A stretch of 64,000 nt of DNA from Thermoproteota archaeon (GTDB lineage: Archaea; Thermoproteota; Thermoprotei; Gearchaeales; Gearchaeaceae). Every line of letters begins with the position of its first letter. Position 1 is the first letter of the stretch. The notes below the pieces were generated by a model. That model did no database searches, was not told where the DNA came from, and saw only the letters and a list, made by a program, of their open reading frames with translations. This document shows, one piece after another, positions 29,124 to 39,732 of the stretch. The stretch lies in the NCBI GenBank assembly GCA_041640715.1, contig JBEPZU010000004.1, positions 1,542 to 65,541 of the forward strand, in the 5' to 3' direction. Position numbers and translations under genes: made by a program.

Positions 29124-30242
29124 ATGAAAATAGTCCAGGTATGCCCAAGATATTATCCATATATCGGTGGTATAGAGAAACATGTGAAGGAAGTTAGCGA
29201 AAGACTAGTCCAAAAAGGTTTCGATGTTGAAGTTTTTACCACAGATCCATCAGGAAGCCTTCCTCCAGAGGATGTCATAAATGGTGTGCGTGTCAGAAGG
29301 TTCAAGAGCTTTGCTCCTGCAGAGATTGGATATTTCTCGAATTCGTTATATCATACGCTGAGACGAGTTAAGTGCGACATAATTCATGCGCATGGCTACA
29401 GAGCCTTACCAATGCTATTGGCAGCGTTAGCAAAAAACTCAAACAAAGCTAAGTTTGTAGTGACTACTCACTTAGGCTTTTCAAAAGTGGGCAGATCCGT
29501 CTATCCTATTTATAATTCGCTTTTTGGAAGATTCATTCTCTCTAAAGCGGACAAAATCGTCATCGTCTCGCAGGCCGAGCTAGAGGAAATCCCTTTGTTG
29601 CGAAAATATGAGAATAAGGTAGTATTGATACCGATTGGAATAGATACAAGCAAAATTGAGGAATATTTTTATAGGGATAAAACTTCCGATACTTTAAACC
29701 TCCTATACGTTGGAAGGATCGAGAAGAAGAAAGGTCTTGATGAGCTCATTAAAATTATGACCATGTTACAAAATGAGCCTATCCGCTTAACTATAGTTGG
29801 GGAAGGCCCTTATGCGTCAAAAATCCTTCCAATCGTCCACAAAATGCAGAACATAGAGTTTAAAGGTAAAGTATCTGAGCATGAACTTTACGAACTTTAC
29901 GCCAATTCGCATGTATTCATCCTCCTTTCAGAGTTCGAGTCTCATAGCGTCTCGCTGACCGAGGCGATGGCGTTTGGAGTAATTCCAATCGTGACAAATG
30001 TAGGCGGGAATAAGTATATTGTTGATAATGAGACAGGTTTCCTTGTAGATTATCCAATAAAAGTAAGTGAAGTAGTGCGAACAATCAAGATGCTGTACCT
30101 AGATAGATCAATACTGAAGCAGAAAAGCATCGCCTCTAGGAAGAGAGCTTTAACCAACTTTGAGATCAAAAAAACCCTACATCAATTGATGAAGTTATAT
30201 TCGGAAGTTTTCAATGAGAATGGTGGTGTGTGCGACTTTTAA
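29124..30242 (+). CDS. glycosyltransferase family 4 (GT-B)
   Basis: 372 aa. C-terminal E..S....EAMAFGVIPIVTNVGG GT4 motif. Confidence 0.8.
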   Translation: MKIVQVCPRYYPYIGGIEKHVKEVSERLVQKGFDVEVFTTDPSGSLPPEDVINGVRVRRFKSFAPAEIGYFSNSLYHTLRRVKCDIIHAHGYRALPMLLAALAKNSNKAKFVVTTHLGFSKVGRSVYPIYNSLFGRFILSKADKIVIVSQAELEEIPLLRKYENKVVLIPIGIDTSKIEEYFYRDKTSDTLNLLYVGRIEKKKGLDELIKIMTMLQNEPIRLTIVGEGPYASKILPIVHKMQNIEFKGKVSEHELYELYANSHVFILLSEFESHSVSLTEAMAFGVIPIVTNVGGNKYIVDNETGFLVDYPIKVSEVVRTIKMLYLDRSILKQKSIASRKRALTNFEIKKTLHQLMKLYSEVFNENGGVCDF

Positions 30243-30264
30243 TAATAACCATAAGTAACGTCAA

Positions 30265-32073
30265 ATGATAACTTTCTCCACAGCATTGATAGTATTTACA
30301 CCAATTCTCATAATCGTTTATTTATTAATGTTATTGGTAGCCGACAAATATGGAAGGATACATGAGGAGAAAAATACAACAGATTCTAAGGCATTCAAGG
30401 TCTTACAAGTCTTTGCGATAATTTTACCAGCTATAGGACTTTGCCTAACATTACTAACGAACTTTAGGGAAACTATTCCGTATTACGCTATACTCATGTT
30501 TACTTTTATTATAAATATAATATCTATACTTAAGTATCCCTCGAAGACTATTCTATCGTCCTTCATATTATTGCACTTCATGTTGATGTCTGGTAAACTA
30601 CCCGAAACTATGATCTCTATAGGTGAGGGACAACAAATGGATAGAGCTTTAGCTCTAAACAATCGTTGGGAATTTCAGTGGGCTCATAATCCGAGCTATA
30701 ACCCAATTCCCACCATAGCAACAATATCTGTCATACTTTCAGAAATTGTGGCGCTGAAGTGGTACAGCAGTTTGCTACAACTTTTAGTATTTATAGCTTG
30801 GGCTTTAGCATATGATTTAGCCATTTACCTACTAACTTTAAAATTAAGTGGAGATGAAAGAACAGCACTATTAGCCGTACCCCTTATCGCTATAACGCCC
30901 GAGACAGCAATCCATCAACATCCATACCAATGGAGCGGAAATATGCTTGTCTTACTGGCAACAATTATGCTAATATATCTTCTCCACAAACGCTCATCTA
31001 GCTTACCTATTACGATAACGCTACTCTTTATCGGTGCCATTTTAGCACATGCTACAGGCATAATTTATTTAGCGATACTCATAGCGATATATTTAGTCAA
31101 TGTGTTAATCAGAAATCTTAATAAAACGTTAGTTAAAGAGAAGCCACCATTTACATTTCATAAACCTATGAAGATCTTAATCCTATTTTTACTTCTAATA
31201 TTCTTTGTAAGAGCCTTATACACATCCGATTATGCAGATTACGTGTTGCCCAACTTTGCAAATCTTTACCGAGGCTTGATAGATTTATTAAGAGAGGCTT
31301 TTATGCCTGAGACTGTTACCGGCGAAGCTCATCACATTCCGCTCTACGAACGAGCCAGCGTATCTTCTATCCAAGCTTATGTATGGAGCTTCGTGATTTC
31401 CCTATCAACAGCATATATTATACATTCGCTGATTAAAAGAAGCCTAAGAATGCTAACACTAGCATTGTATGTTTGCTCAATTTTACTACTCTCGATATCG
31501 TTCTTAGGATATAGTATTGCCAAAATAACAAGCTTTTACCCATTAAATAGGACCGTTTATACATTCATACCGTTATTGGTCCCTATGGCAGCAATAGTCC
31601 TAGCAAGAACCATCAAAGCTGGTCCTAGAAAGCTTTGGGGAATAGTTGCTTTATCTACGATCTTATTTTTATTGACAGCGCCAATAGCTGCGCAGGATCC
31701 AAACATATCCCCAATAAGCTACGCAGAAATTAGAGAAGCCCCACCTATTACCATCGGACCTACTGAAATGGCAAAAGCATCTATAATTGCGAATTTAGTA
31801 GACAACTCTTATGTAAATTTGGGAAATAAAATCATATACATATATTCATCAGAAACCCATATAGAGAAAATAGTTTATACAGGTAGAGGAGGGGTAATTG
31901 AATACACATTTACAAATCCTTTACTTAAAGCCACAGAAACTTATACGTTTATAAACAGTTTGCCTCAATTAAAGATAACAGCCTTACGAGAGCCAAGTAG
32001 TAATGCGACTTCGCTAATTAAAATCCTAGATTTTGGAAAAGAGTCTATAATGTTAAGTTATGGTCAAGGTTGA
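30265..32073 (+). CDS. polytopic membrane protein with C-terminal extracytoplasmic domain; candidate Wzy-like oligosaccharide polymerase or GT-C enzyme
   Basis: 602 aa. More than 10 predicted TM helices. No WWDYG motif, so not AglB. Confidence 0.4.
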   Translation: MITFSTALIVFTPILIIVYLLMLLVADKYGRIHEEKNTTDSKAFKVLQVFAIILPAIGLCLTLLTNFRETIPYYAILMFTFIINIISILKYPSKTILSSFILLHFMLMSGKLPETMISIGEGQQMDRALALNNRWEFQWAHNPSYNPIPTIATISVILSEIVALKWYSSLLQLLVFIAWALAYDLAIYLLTLKLSGDERTALLAVPLIAITPETAIHQHPYQWSGNMLVLLATIMLIYLLHKRSSSLPITITLLFIGAILAHATGIIYLAILIAIYLVNVLIRNLNKTLVKEKPPFTFHKPMKILILFLLLIFFVRALYTSDYADYVLPNFANLYRGLIDLLREAFMPETVTGEAHHIPLYERASVSSIQAYVWSFVISLSTAYIIHSLIKRSLRMLTLALYVCSILLLSISFLGYSIAKITSFYPLNRTVYTFIPLLVPMAAIVLARTIKAGPRKLWGIVALSTILFLLTAPIAAQDPNISPISYAEIREAPPITIGPTEMAKASIIANLVDNSYVNLGNKIIYIYSSETHIEKIVYTGRGGVIEYTFTNPLLKATETYTFINSLPQLKITALREPSSNATSLIKILDFGKESIMLSYGQG

Positions 32074-32085
32074 TCGCTGAACACT

Positions 32086-33228
32086 ATGGTTAAAGTACTC
32101 GCAATCTCAAATCAAGACTTAAGGCACCCCTTCCATGGCAGCGCAAGACTTCAGCTTAGCTTGCTAGGAGCTTTGGCTTTGACGAATTCAGAAGTATTAT
32201 ACGTTAACGTAGCATCAAATGGGTTTTCACAACAAAACATAAGAGTAACCAGTAGCTTTGGAAGAACATCATTTAAGCAAATAAACATTCCTGGCATGAC
32301 AACATCAAATTATGCAAAATATTTGAAGAGTTTAAACGTCTTGGAAGGTTTGTTAGATATCAAGCCTGAAGTATTGTTCTGCCTAAGTAGGCATACAATC
32401 ATTCTCTGTAAGATACTTTCAAAGAAGTTAGGAGTTCCTTTAATACTTTTACATGACGCACTGAGATACCTATATCTTCATCAACTACTTAGAAGCACTA
32501 AGACTAGAATTAAGGAGGTATTTTATTCCGTTCCGGCCTTAATTTCTTATGCTATAATAACATTGCTCAGTAGTGCATCCCTATCGGTATCTGAGGATTT
32601 TAAGCTATACTTTAATAAACTACTTCTTAAAAACAAGATCTATGAAATTAAACCCACCTTCATGTTACTAAACGATCACGACTGTAATTCTCAAGAGATG
32701 GAAGATCTTAGCACGTTACCTGAGGATCTATTTCTTTATAGTGGCCCTCTATGGATTTTAAAGTATATAGCTTCCAAAACACCTCGCTTAAACTATGTAG
32801 TGACAGGACCTGTCGCTTTTAACGTTAAAAACCAAATGCATAACAGGCTGAAGAATATACATCCACTTCATAATATATGCGATATTCAACTATGTGAACT
32901 TCATAAGAGAATACGAGCCGCAGTAATTCTTAGAGAGAGCATGACAGGTATTAGCATGACAGTGGTACAGGAGCTGTACTTCGGCAAGCCAATAATCGCC
33001 AATTCAATAGCTATATCAGGAATAAGAGGGCTCAAAGATGTTAGAGGAATAAGCGTTGTTGATAATATTCCTAAACTATTAACCCTCCTAAATCATGCAC
33101 CAGAAGAAGATGAGGAACTGTTTAAAGAGAAAAGGCTTAATGCCTTAGAATTTTTTGAGAAAAATTTATCGCCTCCTATCTGTGGCAATCTTATTCGTGA
33201 AATTATAACCCATGTACTGGAAAGTTAA
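32086..33228 (+). CDS. divergent GT-B-fold glycosyltransferase-like protein
   Basis: 380 aa. C-terminal ELYFGKPIIANSIA resembles the GT4 donor-binding motif. Otherwise divergent. Confidence 0.35.
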   Translation: MVKVLAISNQDLRHPFHGSARLQLSLLGALALTNSEVLYVNVASNGFSQQNIRVTSSFGRTSFKQINIPGMTTSNYAKYLKSLNVLEGLLDIKPEVLFCLSRHTIILCKILSKKLGVPLILLHDALRYLYLHQLLRSTKTRIKEVFYSVPALISYAIITLLSSASLSVSEDFKLYFNKLLLKNKIYEIKPTFMLLNDHDCNSQEMEDLSTLPEDLFLYSGPLWILKYIASKTPRLNYVVTGPVAFNVKNQMHNRLKNIHPLHNICDIQLCELHKRIRAAVILRESMTGISMTVVQELYFGKPIIANSIAISGIRGLKDVRGISVVDNIPKLLTLLNHAPEEDEELFKEKRLNALEFFEKNLSPPICGNLIREIITHVLES

Positions 33229-33231
33229 GAG

Positions 33232-33745
33232 ATGAGCACATCACAAATTGCATATTTAAGGGAAAATCAAAGAATAATAGGAAAAGCGGTTAAGGAGCAT
33301 CTAAGCAATCTCTTAATTGAACGTTATTTGGATCTTGGATGCGGTAATTGCTTTTTGACGCAGAATATAGCTTCGATTGTCCGAGCAAACGAAGTAATTT
33401 GTGTTGATACAAATGATGAAGCACTAAGTATAACTAGGAAATTGGGCTATAAGAGTATGAAGGTTGACTTGAATTATGGATTACCAATACCAAACAACTC
33501 GGTTGATCTGGTTACTGTCTTTGAATTAATAGAGCATGTTTAATATACTCTCAACTCTCAATTCCCTTATTCAACACTTGGAATGTGTAGGCTTTAGAAT
33601 TGTTGATTATCGAGGACTCCTTACTCACGCTACATACAAGAATAAGTTACTGAAAATTGTTAGCTTGATTTTAGCTAAGCTAAGGCCATCATTAGCACCT
33701 GATATTTTATGCATAACTGAAAAAACATCGAATAGAAAACCTTGA
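33232..33745 (+). pseudogene. class I SAM-dependent methyltransferase split by a +1 frameshift (33232..33543 and 33536..33745)
   Basis: First ORF carries motif I (LDLGCGNCF) and ends EHV*. Second ORF starts at the overlapping ATG in the +1 frame and continues the MTase C-terminus. Confidence 0.45.
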
Positions 33746-33764
33746 AATACTTCATTTTGTAGAT

Positions 33765-34943
33765 ATGAGACTATTATTACTGGCTTATGCCTTAGATTCT
33801 TTAGGCGGCGTAGGTAGCTTCAACTATGAGTTAATTAAAGGGTTGGCTAAACTGGGCATAGATATCATAATTATTGCAAGAAACGATCCCTTTAATAAAG
33901 AAGATTTAAAAAGCTGCGCTGAAATTATAATCCACAAATTCCCAAACATTAACATTCCTCCTAAGGATGTGATTTTTTACTTCCGTAACTTAAGGGGAAT
34001 ATCAGAGATAGTTAAATCAGCTAAAGCAGATGTCATTCATGATAGTTCTGGAGCCATAGGATACATGCCATGGATCACCAAGATAGCACCAACAGTAGTT
34101 ACGGTTCACGGCTCACCAATGTTAGATCGTCTAAGAATCGCTTATGGCTCTTTTAATGACAAGCTTAGGCTTTTACTCTTCAAAATCACTCATCAATTGC
34201 CAAGTGGGATCTTAGGACTTTTTGGTAAGCCTAGCATAAGTAAGCTGGTATTTGTTTCAAGAAGTTGCTTAGTTGACGCCCTTATTCATCAACCACCCGG
34301 ATTTAGAGAGGAGTTGATGAAGAAGTCTGTAGTAATATACAACGGCATTTCCTTGGACCCCCTTCAAAAATTCAGGGATGTGGAGACTGTCTATGGTAGA
34401 ATAGCATTCCTAGGGAGACTCGTAGAATATAAGGGAGCATATAGACTATTAAAGGTCTTCGCTAGAGTCGTTAAGGAAATTCCTGAAGCTGAATTACACT
34501 ACATAGGTTCAGGCCCTCAACAGAGAAGCCTAATAAGCGCAATTGAAAAATATGATTTAAAAGAGAAAGTTAGATTTCACGGCTGGCTACCTAGACATCA
34601 TACATTGAAAGTCTTGAAAAGCTCCTACATGCTGGTACATCCAAGTCTTTATGAGGGGTTTGGTTATTCAATAGTTGAAGCTTATGCTTTAGGCAAACCA
34701 GTTGTAGCTCACAGAGCACCATATTCAATAGAATTGGTTGAAAATACTAAGGCAGGGATAACTGTAAACAGCTTTGATGAGAGAACCATGGCTGATGTTA
34801 TAATTAAGTTGCTAACAGATTCGACGCTTTACAAAATACTTGCTCAGAATGCAATTAAAGCAGTTAAGGAATACTTCAATATAGAAAAGACTGCAAAAAG
34901 TTACCTCAAAGTTTATGAAGAGGTTATTGAAAAGTCATGCTAA
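33765..34943 (+). CDS. glycosyltransferase family 4
   Basis: 392 aa. EGFGYSIVEAYALGKPVVA GT4 motif. Confidence 0.8.
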   Translation: MRLLLLAYALDSLGGVGSFNYELIKGLAKLGIDIIIIARNDPFNKEDLKSCAEIIIHKFPNINIPPKDVIFYFRNLRGISEIVKSAKADVIHDSSGAIGYMPWITKIAPTVVTVHGSPMLDRLRIAYGSFNDKLRLLLFKITHQLPSGILGLFGKPSISKLVFVSRSCLVDALIHQPPGFREELMKKSVVIYNGISLDPLQKFRDVETVYGRIAFLGRLVEYKGAYRLLKVFARVVKEIPEAELHYIGSGPQQRSLISAIEKYDLKEKVRFHGWLPRHHTLKVLKSSYMLVHPSLYEGFGYSIVEAYALGKPVVAHRAPYSIELVENTKAGITVNSFDERTMADVIIKLLTDSTLYKILAQNAIKAVKEYFNIEKTAKSYLKVYEEVIEKSC

Positions 34944-35566
34944 TATCGCTTACATTTGATGACGGCTATATGAAGCATTATGAGATCGCTAAGATGCTCT
35001 ATAGACGTGGAATAGCGGCTACTTTCTTCATAATAGCAGGTCTCACAGAGTACAATGGAGAGAAGTTATTAGCTTCAAGACCTGAGCTTATAAAAGAGAT
35101 TCATGATATGGGTCACGAAATAGCCTCTCATACGTTTACCCATAAAAACCTAACAATGCTACCGCCTGAAGCCGTTGAATATGAATGCGCTAAGTCTAAG
35201 ACCATCCTAGAGAAAATAGTAGGTAATGAAGTAAGAGGATTCGCATATCCATATGGAGCGTTTAATAAAGATGTCGTGAATATCGTTAAGAATTATTATT
35301 GCTACGCTCGTACAATGGGTAAGTTGAATAGGTGGAACGAATCCATAAATCCCTATGAGATAGGAAGTATGGGCATAAGACATTTATCAAAGCTACCGCT
35401 TAAGCTGATCTCAGGAGACCTAAAGTTAATAGTTCTCACATTTCACCATGAGAACCCCTCTCTTGTAAGAGGGGTAGTTAGTATCTTGGAAACATTTAGT
35501 TTTAAGATAACTACTATCATGGACTCCTTAAGGGGTTTATGTTTGGCTTGCACTACCAAATATTAA
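34937..35566 (+). CDS. polysaccharide deacetylase (NodB homology domain, CE4)
   Basis: 209 aa. LTFDDGY (TFDDG motif) and HTFTH metal-binding His motif. Confidence 0.7.
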   Translation: MLISLTFDDGYMKHYEIAKMLYRRGIAATFFIIAGLTEYNGEKLLASRPELIKEIHDMGHEIASHTFTHKNLTMLPPEAVEYECAKSKTILEKIVGNEVRGFAYPYGAFNKDVVNIVKNYYCYARTMGKLNRWNESINPYEIGSMGIRHLSKLPLKLISGDLKLIVLTFHHENPSLVRGVVSILETFSFKITTIMDSLRGLCLACTTKY

Positions 35567-36762
35567 GCATTTTGCACCACTCGCTTCCCAGCATAGATGG
35601 AAAGATAGCTGAAGAACAAAACATGGGATGGCACTTTAGGTCAGCGAGAGCGTTGAAGAAGATAGCTAAGTTTAATGTTGAATGTGCTAGACCTAGCGGA
35701 AATAAGCAAAGGATCTTAAAGATAATTGACGGAATACCTGTGATCTTGAGCCCAACGATTAAATTCTCTCCTAGCAGAGCACTGTGGAAGTGGGATGAAA
35801 TATCGCCTGAGCTCGTGAAATATGTTATTACGAAAGTAAAACTACAAGGGTATGTACCATATATACATGAATACAGAACTTTGAATTCAGAGCTTATTAT
35901 ACGAAAACTTTTAGAATACTCGATGATCCTTCAACATCATGGCACAAGCCGATCAACCCATTCTCTTGCATCTAGCATAAACCCGTTGAATATGATTAAG
36001 GAAGCTTCTAAAGCTAAAAGAGAAAAACTATTGAAGAAAGTTCGCGGAGCAATATTCGTCTTAAACAAGAACGAGAAAGAATATTTAGAGAAATTAGGTG
36101 TAGAAGCTTCGGTTAAAATTCGAACCATGGCTGTAGACTTCAACGAGATCAAACTAGTTAGTGAAGAAAAGAAGAAAGAATTAAGGGAAAAGCTAGGAAT
36201 CCCTGAAGATGCTGTAGTATTGTGTAGCTATGTGGGTGTATTCAAGGAAGAATTCAGCATGATTAAGGGAACGCATCTGATAGCCAAGATATGGAGTGAG
36301 CTAAGCTCTAAAGTTAAGAGTCGTCTAGAAATGATCGTCACAGGACTCGGCACTCACTGGGTAAAAGAGCTGAGGGGTTTAGGTATTAGGACTTATCCTT
36401 TCTTGCACCCTCACCAATATTTAAGCATGGTTATAGCATCAGATATATACTTCGTACCAGCGACTTCAAGCTATTACTATGGTGGACCAGGAGTAGCAAT
36501 AATGGAAGCTCTAGCATTAGGGAAACCTGTTGTGAGTCCTACGCTCATACACTTCCCAGAAAAAGATAAGGTTAAACATATAGGAGCTATAACCCCCTTT
36601 GTGGATAACGAAAATGCATTGAGAACTTTTGTAGAATGCTTAGTTTACGTAATAGAGAATATAAGCTCATTTAAAGCCGAACAAATAAGGCAAATAGCCT
36701 ATAAATACTACTCTTGGGAATCATTCGTAAAAGATTTCGAAGAAGCTGTTAGAGGGATATAG
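35539..36762 (+). CDS. GT4-like glycosyltransferase
   Basis: 407 aa. C-terminal GGPGVAIMEALALGKPVV motif. Confidence 0.55.
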   Translation: MFGLHYQILSILHHSLPSIDGKIAEEQNMGWHFRSARALKKIAKFNVECARPSGNKQRILKIIDGIPVILSPTIKFSPSRALWKWDEISPELVKYVITKVKLQGYVPYIHEYRTLNSELIIRKLLEYSMILQHHGTSRSTHSLASSINPLNMIKEASKAKREKLLKKVRGAIFVLNKNEKEYLEKLGVEASVKIRTMAVDFNEIKLVSEEKKKELREKLGIPEDAVVLCSYVGVFKEEFSMIKGTHLIAKIWSELSSKVKSRLEMIVTGLGTHWVKELRGLGIRTYPFLHPHQYLSMVIASDIYFVPATSSYYYGGPGVAIMEALALGKPVVSPTLIHFPEKDKVKHIGAITPFVDNENALRTFVECLVYVIENISSFKAEQIRQIAYKYYSWESFVKDFEEAVRGI

Positions 36763-36987
36763 CTATGGGAAGGTTAAAGTTGGGATGATAAGCTTTAGTT
36801 TTGTTGCTAACTAGCACGTTAATGTTTGGAGAAATAACCATGTTGCTGTTATAGTTGTATGCGATACCATAAAAGAGAAGACTAAAACTATGCTTCTAAG
36901 TATGAAAACCATTCTACTTAAATGAAATGTTATACAAGGCGAAATAAATGAAGCAAGTATATAGGTTAACTTAATTTGACATAAGCT

Positions 36988-38046
36988 ATGCACAAACCTA
37001 CTATAATAATTCTAACTACTGGTACAGATGAAAAACTGGAATGTTTAGATAAGTTATTGATGTCTATATCAACGCAAACTGTAAGGCATTTTCAACTCAC
37101 AATAGCTTCTGAAGTATTAAGCTACAAATTGGAGAAACTCCTAAGAAAGTACTTCTACCCGTGCGAAGACCATAAAATCCTAGCTACAGGTTATTGGAAT
37201 AAATGCAGGACGGCTAATAAGGCTATAAAGGATTCTAAGGGAGACATAATATTCCTGCTTGAAGACGACCTAGTTTTGAAGGAAGACTTCATGGAAAAGA
37301 TACTTAAGACCTTTGACTCAGATCCTAGAATAGGTTGCGTTTATTCCCGGTGCATATGGGTCTATCCTGAGGGACTGAGGAGCAAAGAAGGTTTTAAGAG
37401 CTTCATTGCTAAACTGGTCACTAAGTTATCAGTTCACGGATCAGCCTTACATAAATACGTTAAGAAGGTCGATGAAGGGTTATATGAAGTTCCAACGTTC
37501 ACCATGAGCGTTGCGTGTAGAAAGGAGGCCTTGTACAAGGCTGGGCTCTTTGACGAGTATGTTGAGGAACCTATACTAGGTGAGGACTACGACCTGGCCT
37601 TGAGAGTTAAGAAGGCTGGGTATAGGATCGTGCAGAACTTAGATGCTGTGTCCTACCATTACACTAAGCAGGTCTCAAAGAGTTTGGACATTGGCAAGAA
37701 AGATCCTAAAAAATTCGCCAAACGCTATGAGAGCGAGGTCTACTTCATGGCTAAGAACAGGGATGTGCTAGGCATACTACACGTGCTCATGCATGCGGTA
37801 TACCGGATCATAGAGGGCATAGCATGGTCCATCAAAATGAGTGACTTAAAGGTGCTGGTGTATGGATTATGCTATCCGATCAAGGGGTTGGTCAAGGGAT
37901 TATGCATAAAGAGTTATAGCATGGAATATTATGGACGTTCGCAAAGAAAATCTGGCAGAAGCCATGGCCCTGCTCAAAAACTAGGTTATCGCTGTAGAAG
38001 AATTCCCGCGTACAAATCTGGATTATACTATTTTGATCCGGAATGA
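36988..38046 (+). CDS. glycosyltransferase family 2
   Basis: 352 aa. IIILTTG..., LEDD (DxD). GT2-like fold inferred. Confidence 0.6.
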   Translation: MHKPTIIILTTGTDEKLECLDKLLMSISTQTVRHFQLTIASEVLSYKLEKLLRKYFYPCEDHKILATGYWNKCRTANKAIKDSKGDIIFLLEDDLVLKEDFMEKILKTFDSDPRIGCVYSRCIWVYPEGLRSKEGFKSFIAKLVTKLSVHGSALHKYVKKVDEGLYEVPTFTMSVACRKEALYKAGLFDEYVEEPILGEDYDLALRVKKAGYRIVQNLDAVSYHYTKQVSKSLDIGKKDPKKFAKRYESEVYFMAKNRDVLGILHVLMHAVYRIIEGIAWSIKMSDLKVLVYGLCYPIKGLVKGLCIKSYSMEYYGRSQRKSGRSHGPAQKLGYRCRRIPAYKSGLYYFDPE

Positions 38047-39026
38047 GCGAACTAGTCTCTATAGTGATTCCTGTGAAAAATGAGGCGAATAGAATTAGTG
38101 CGCTAGTTGAGGGTCTTTGGAAACAGAACTATCGTCCTTTAGAGGTTATATTCGTCGATGGAAGTTCCACTGATGGAACCCCAGAACTAATAGAGAGATG
38201 CTCCAAAAGGTTCTTGACAGAGGGCTTCACAGTAAGGCTGTTTAGGGAGGATGATTTTGGGCCTCTAAGATCTCCCGCCAACGCTAGGAACATAGGAGTC
38301 ACGAATGCTAAAGGCAAGTATATAGCCCTTTTTGACGCAGACTTTGAGTTCTTTGGCGATCTTGAAGCTGTAAGCGAAGTAGTAAAAGAGTTGAAAAGAT
38401 CAGAGCACGTTGCAATAACCTATATGCCCAATATGCACACGTTCGTTGAAGAGAACTTAGCCTTAGACGATATGATATATTATTTTAACGGAGGGAAACC
38501 ATTACACATAATTTGCGCGTTTAGGAAGGAGGTTTTCAGCAGAGCCCTCTTTGATTCCGCCCTTGGCTTTCGAGAAGACTTCGATTTTCTAGAAAGAATA
38601 GGAACGAAGTATGCTATAGTGGAAACTAGGATAAGGAGATGTTATCCACATACATTGAAAGAATTTGCGAAGCAACAACTATGGTATGGCAGAACAGCTT
38701 TAACATACTTTAGAAAGAGAATGCCAAGAAAATGGATAGTGAATCTTATAAAATCCAATGCAGTGTTAGGATTGTTGCTCCTCTCCATAATTGTACTGAG
38801 TTTCGCTCCGGTTTTATCGCTAGCACCTTCGTCCTTCATGCTAACGCTGATAGTCTATAGATGGCTTAGAAAGGACATCAAAGTCTTGGGAATGAAGAAT
38901 ATGAAAACGTTGCTGAAAAGATTTTTGTGGTTAGTAGTTAGAGAAGTTTATGGGAGACTTTTCTTCGATATAGGCTTACTTAAAGCACTTACTAAGGAAG
39001 TCTTTCATCTTAGAGTTGGAGCATAG
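38043..39026 (+). CDS. glycosyltransferase family 2 with C-terminal TM helices
   Basis: 327 aa. VSIVIPVKNE...VIFVDGSSTDGT...FDADF. Confidence 0.7.
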   Translation: MSELVSIVIPVKNEANRISALVEGLWKQNYRPLEVIFVDGSSTDGTPELIERCSKRFLTEGFTVRLFREDDFGPLRSPANARNIGVTNAKGKYIALFDADFEFFGDLEAVSEVVKELKRSEHVAITYMPNMHTFVEENLALDDMIYYFNGGKPLHIICAFRKEVFSRALFDSALGFREDFDFLERIGTKYAIVETRIRRCYPHTLKEFAKQQLWYGRTALTYFRKRMPRKWIVNLIKSNAVLGLLLLSIIVLSFAPVLSLAPSSFMLTLIVYRWLRKDIKVLGMKNMKTLLKRFLWLVVREVYGRLFFDIGLLKALTKEVFHLRVGA

Positions 39027-39041
39027 ACTTGAAGGCTAAGA

Positions 39042-39503
39042 CAGGTACTTGTGGCATAGTCTTGCTCTTATATAATAGCGTATCTCTAAATTAGGCAAAA
39101 GCTTTGATTTAGTGCTAGAGGGGTTGAGGCGTTCAGACTATGATAAAATTCACATAGTATTAATAGATAATCACTTGAGCGACAACACATATGAGTATGT
39201 AAGGTCAAGGGTTAATAAATGACATATTCCAACCTCGGTTATTAGACTAGACAAGAATTACGGCATAGCTGGAGGATACAATAGAGGTGCATTATCACTA
39301 AGACATACAGACTATATACTATTCCTTAACGATGACGTCATACTTAATCCAGATATGGTGAAGACGTTAGCGAATGTGCTAGATTCGGAGAGCTCCATCG
39401 GCGCTATAGCATCACTAATAAAGCATCCAGAGGATTGCTATGAAATATGGCATTTACTGGGTTTAGGAACATATAGCATACCAGTAGAGGATTTCTGTAA
39501 CTG
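39042..39503 (+). pseudogene. decayed GT2 glycosyltransferase (paralog of the downstream 39733 gene), at least two frameshifts, 3'-truncated
   Basis: Three frames give ...VLLLYNSVSLN*, ...HIVLIDNHLSDNTYEYV..., ...LDKNYGIAGGYNRGA...ILFLNDDVILNPDMVKTL.... These are GT2 signature blocks in the correct order. Confidence 0.5.
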
Positions 39504-39732
39504 AAACTATGAAAATATTACTGTGACTTTGAAAAAAGAAGTAGGTTCGACACTTAGTGTATACTATTAGGAGGGAGGAGGGCTGTTAGACGCTATTAAG
39601 CTTTCGCTATTATTCATCAAAAAGAGGAGTTTTCATTGAAAGATAGAGTTTGTGCTTGATCCTCGCATACACAATTAGAAAACAATAATCGGTATGTAAG
39701 AAAACGGTTATTAAAAATAGACGCAACGTAAA

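Noticed and set aside
30265-32073. AglB-type oligosaccharyltransferase
   Set aside because: No WWDYG or DxD/MI motifs of STT3/AglB. Topology fits a Wzy/GT-C-like protein better.
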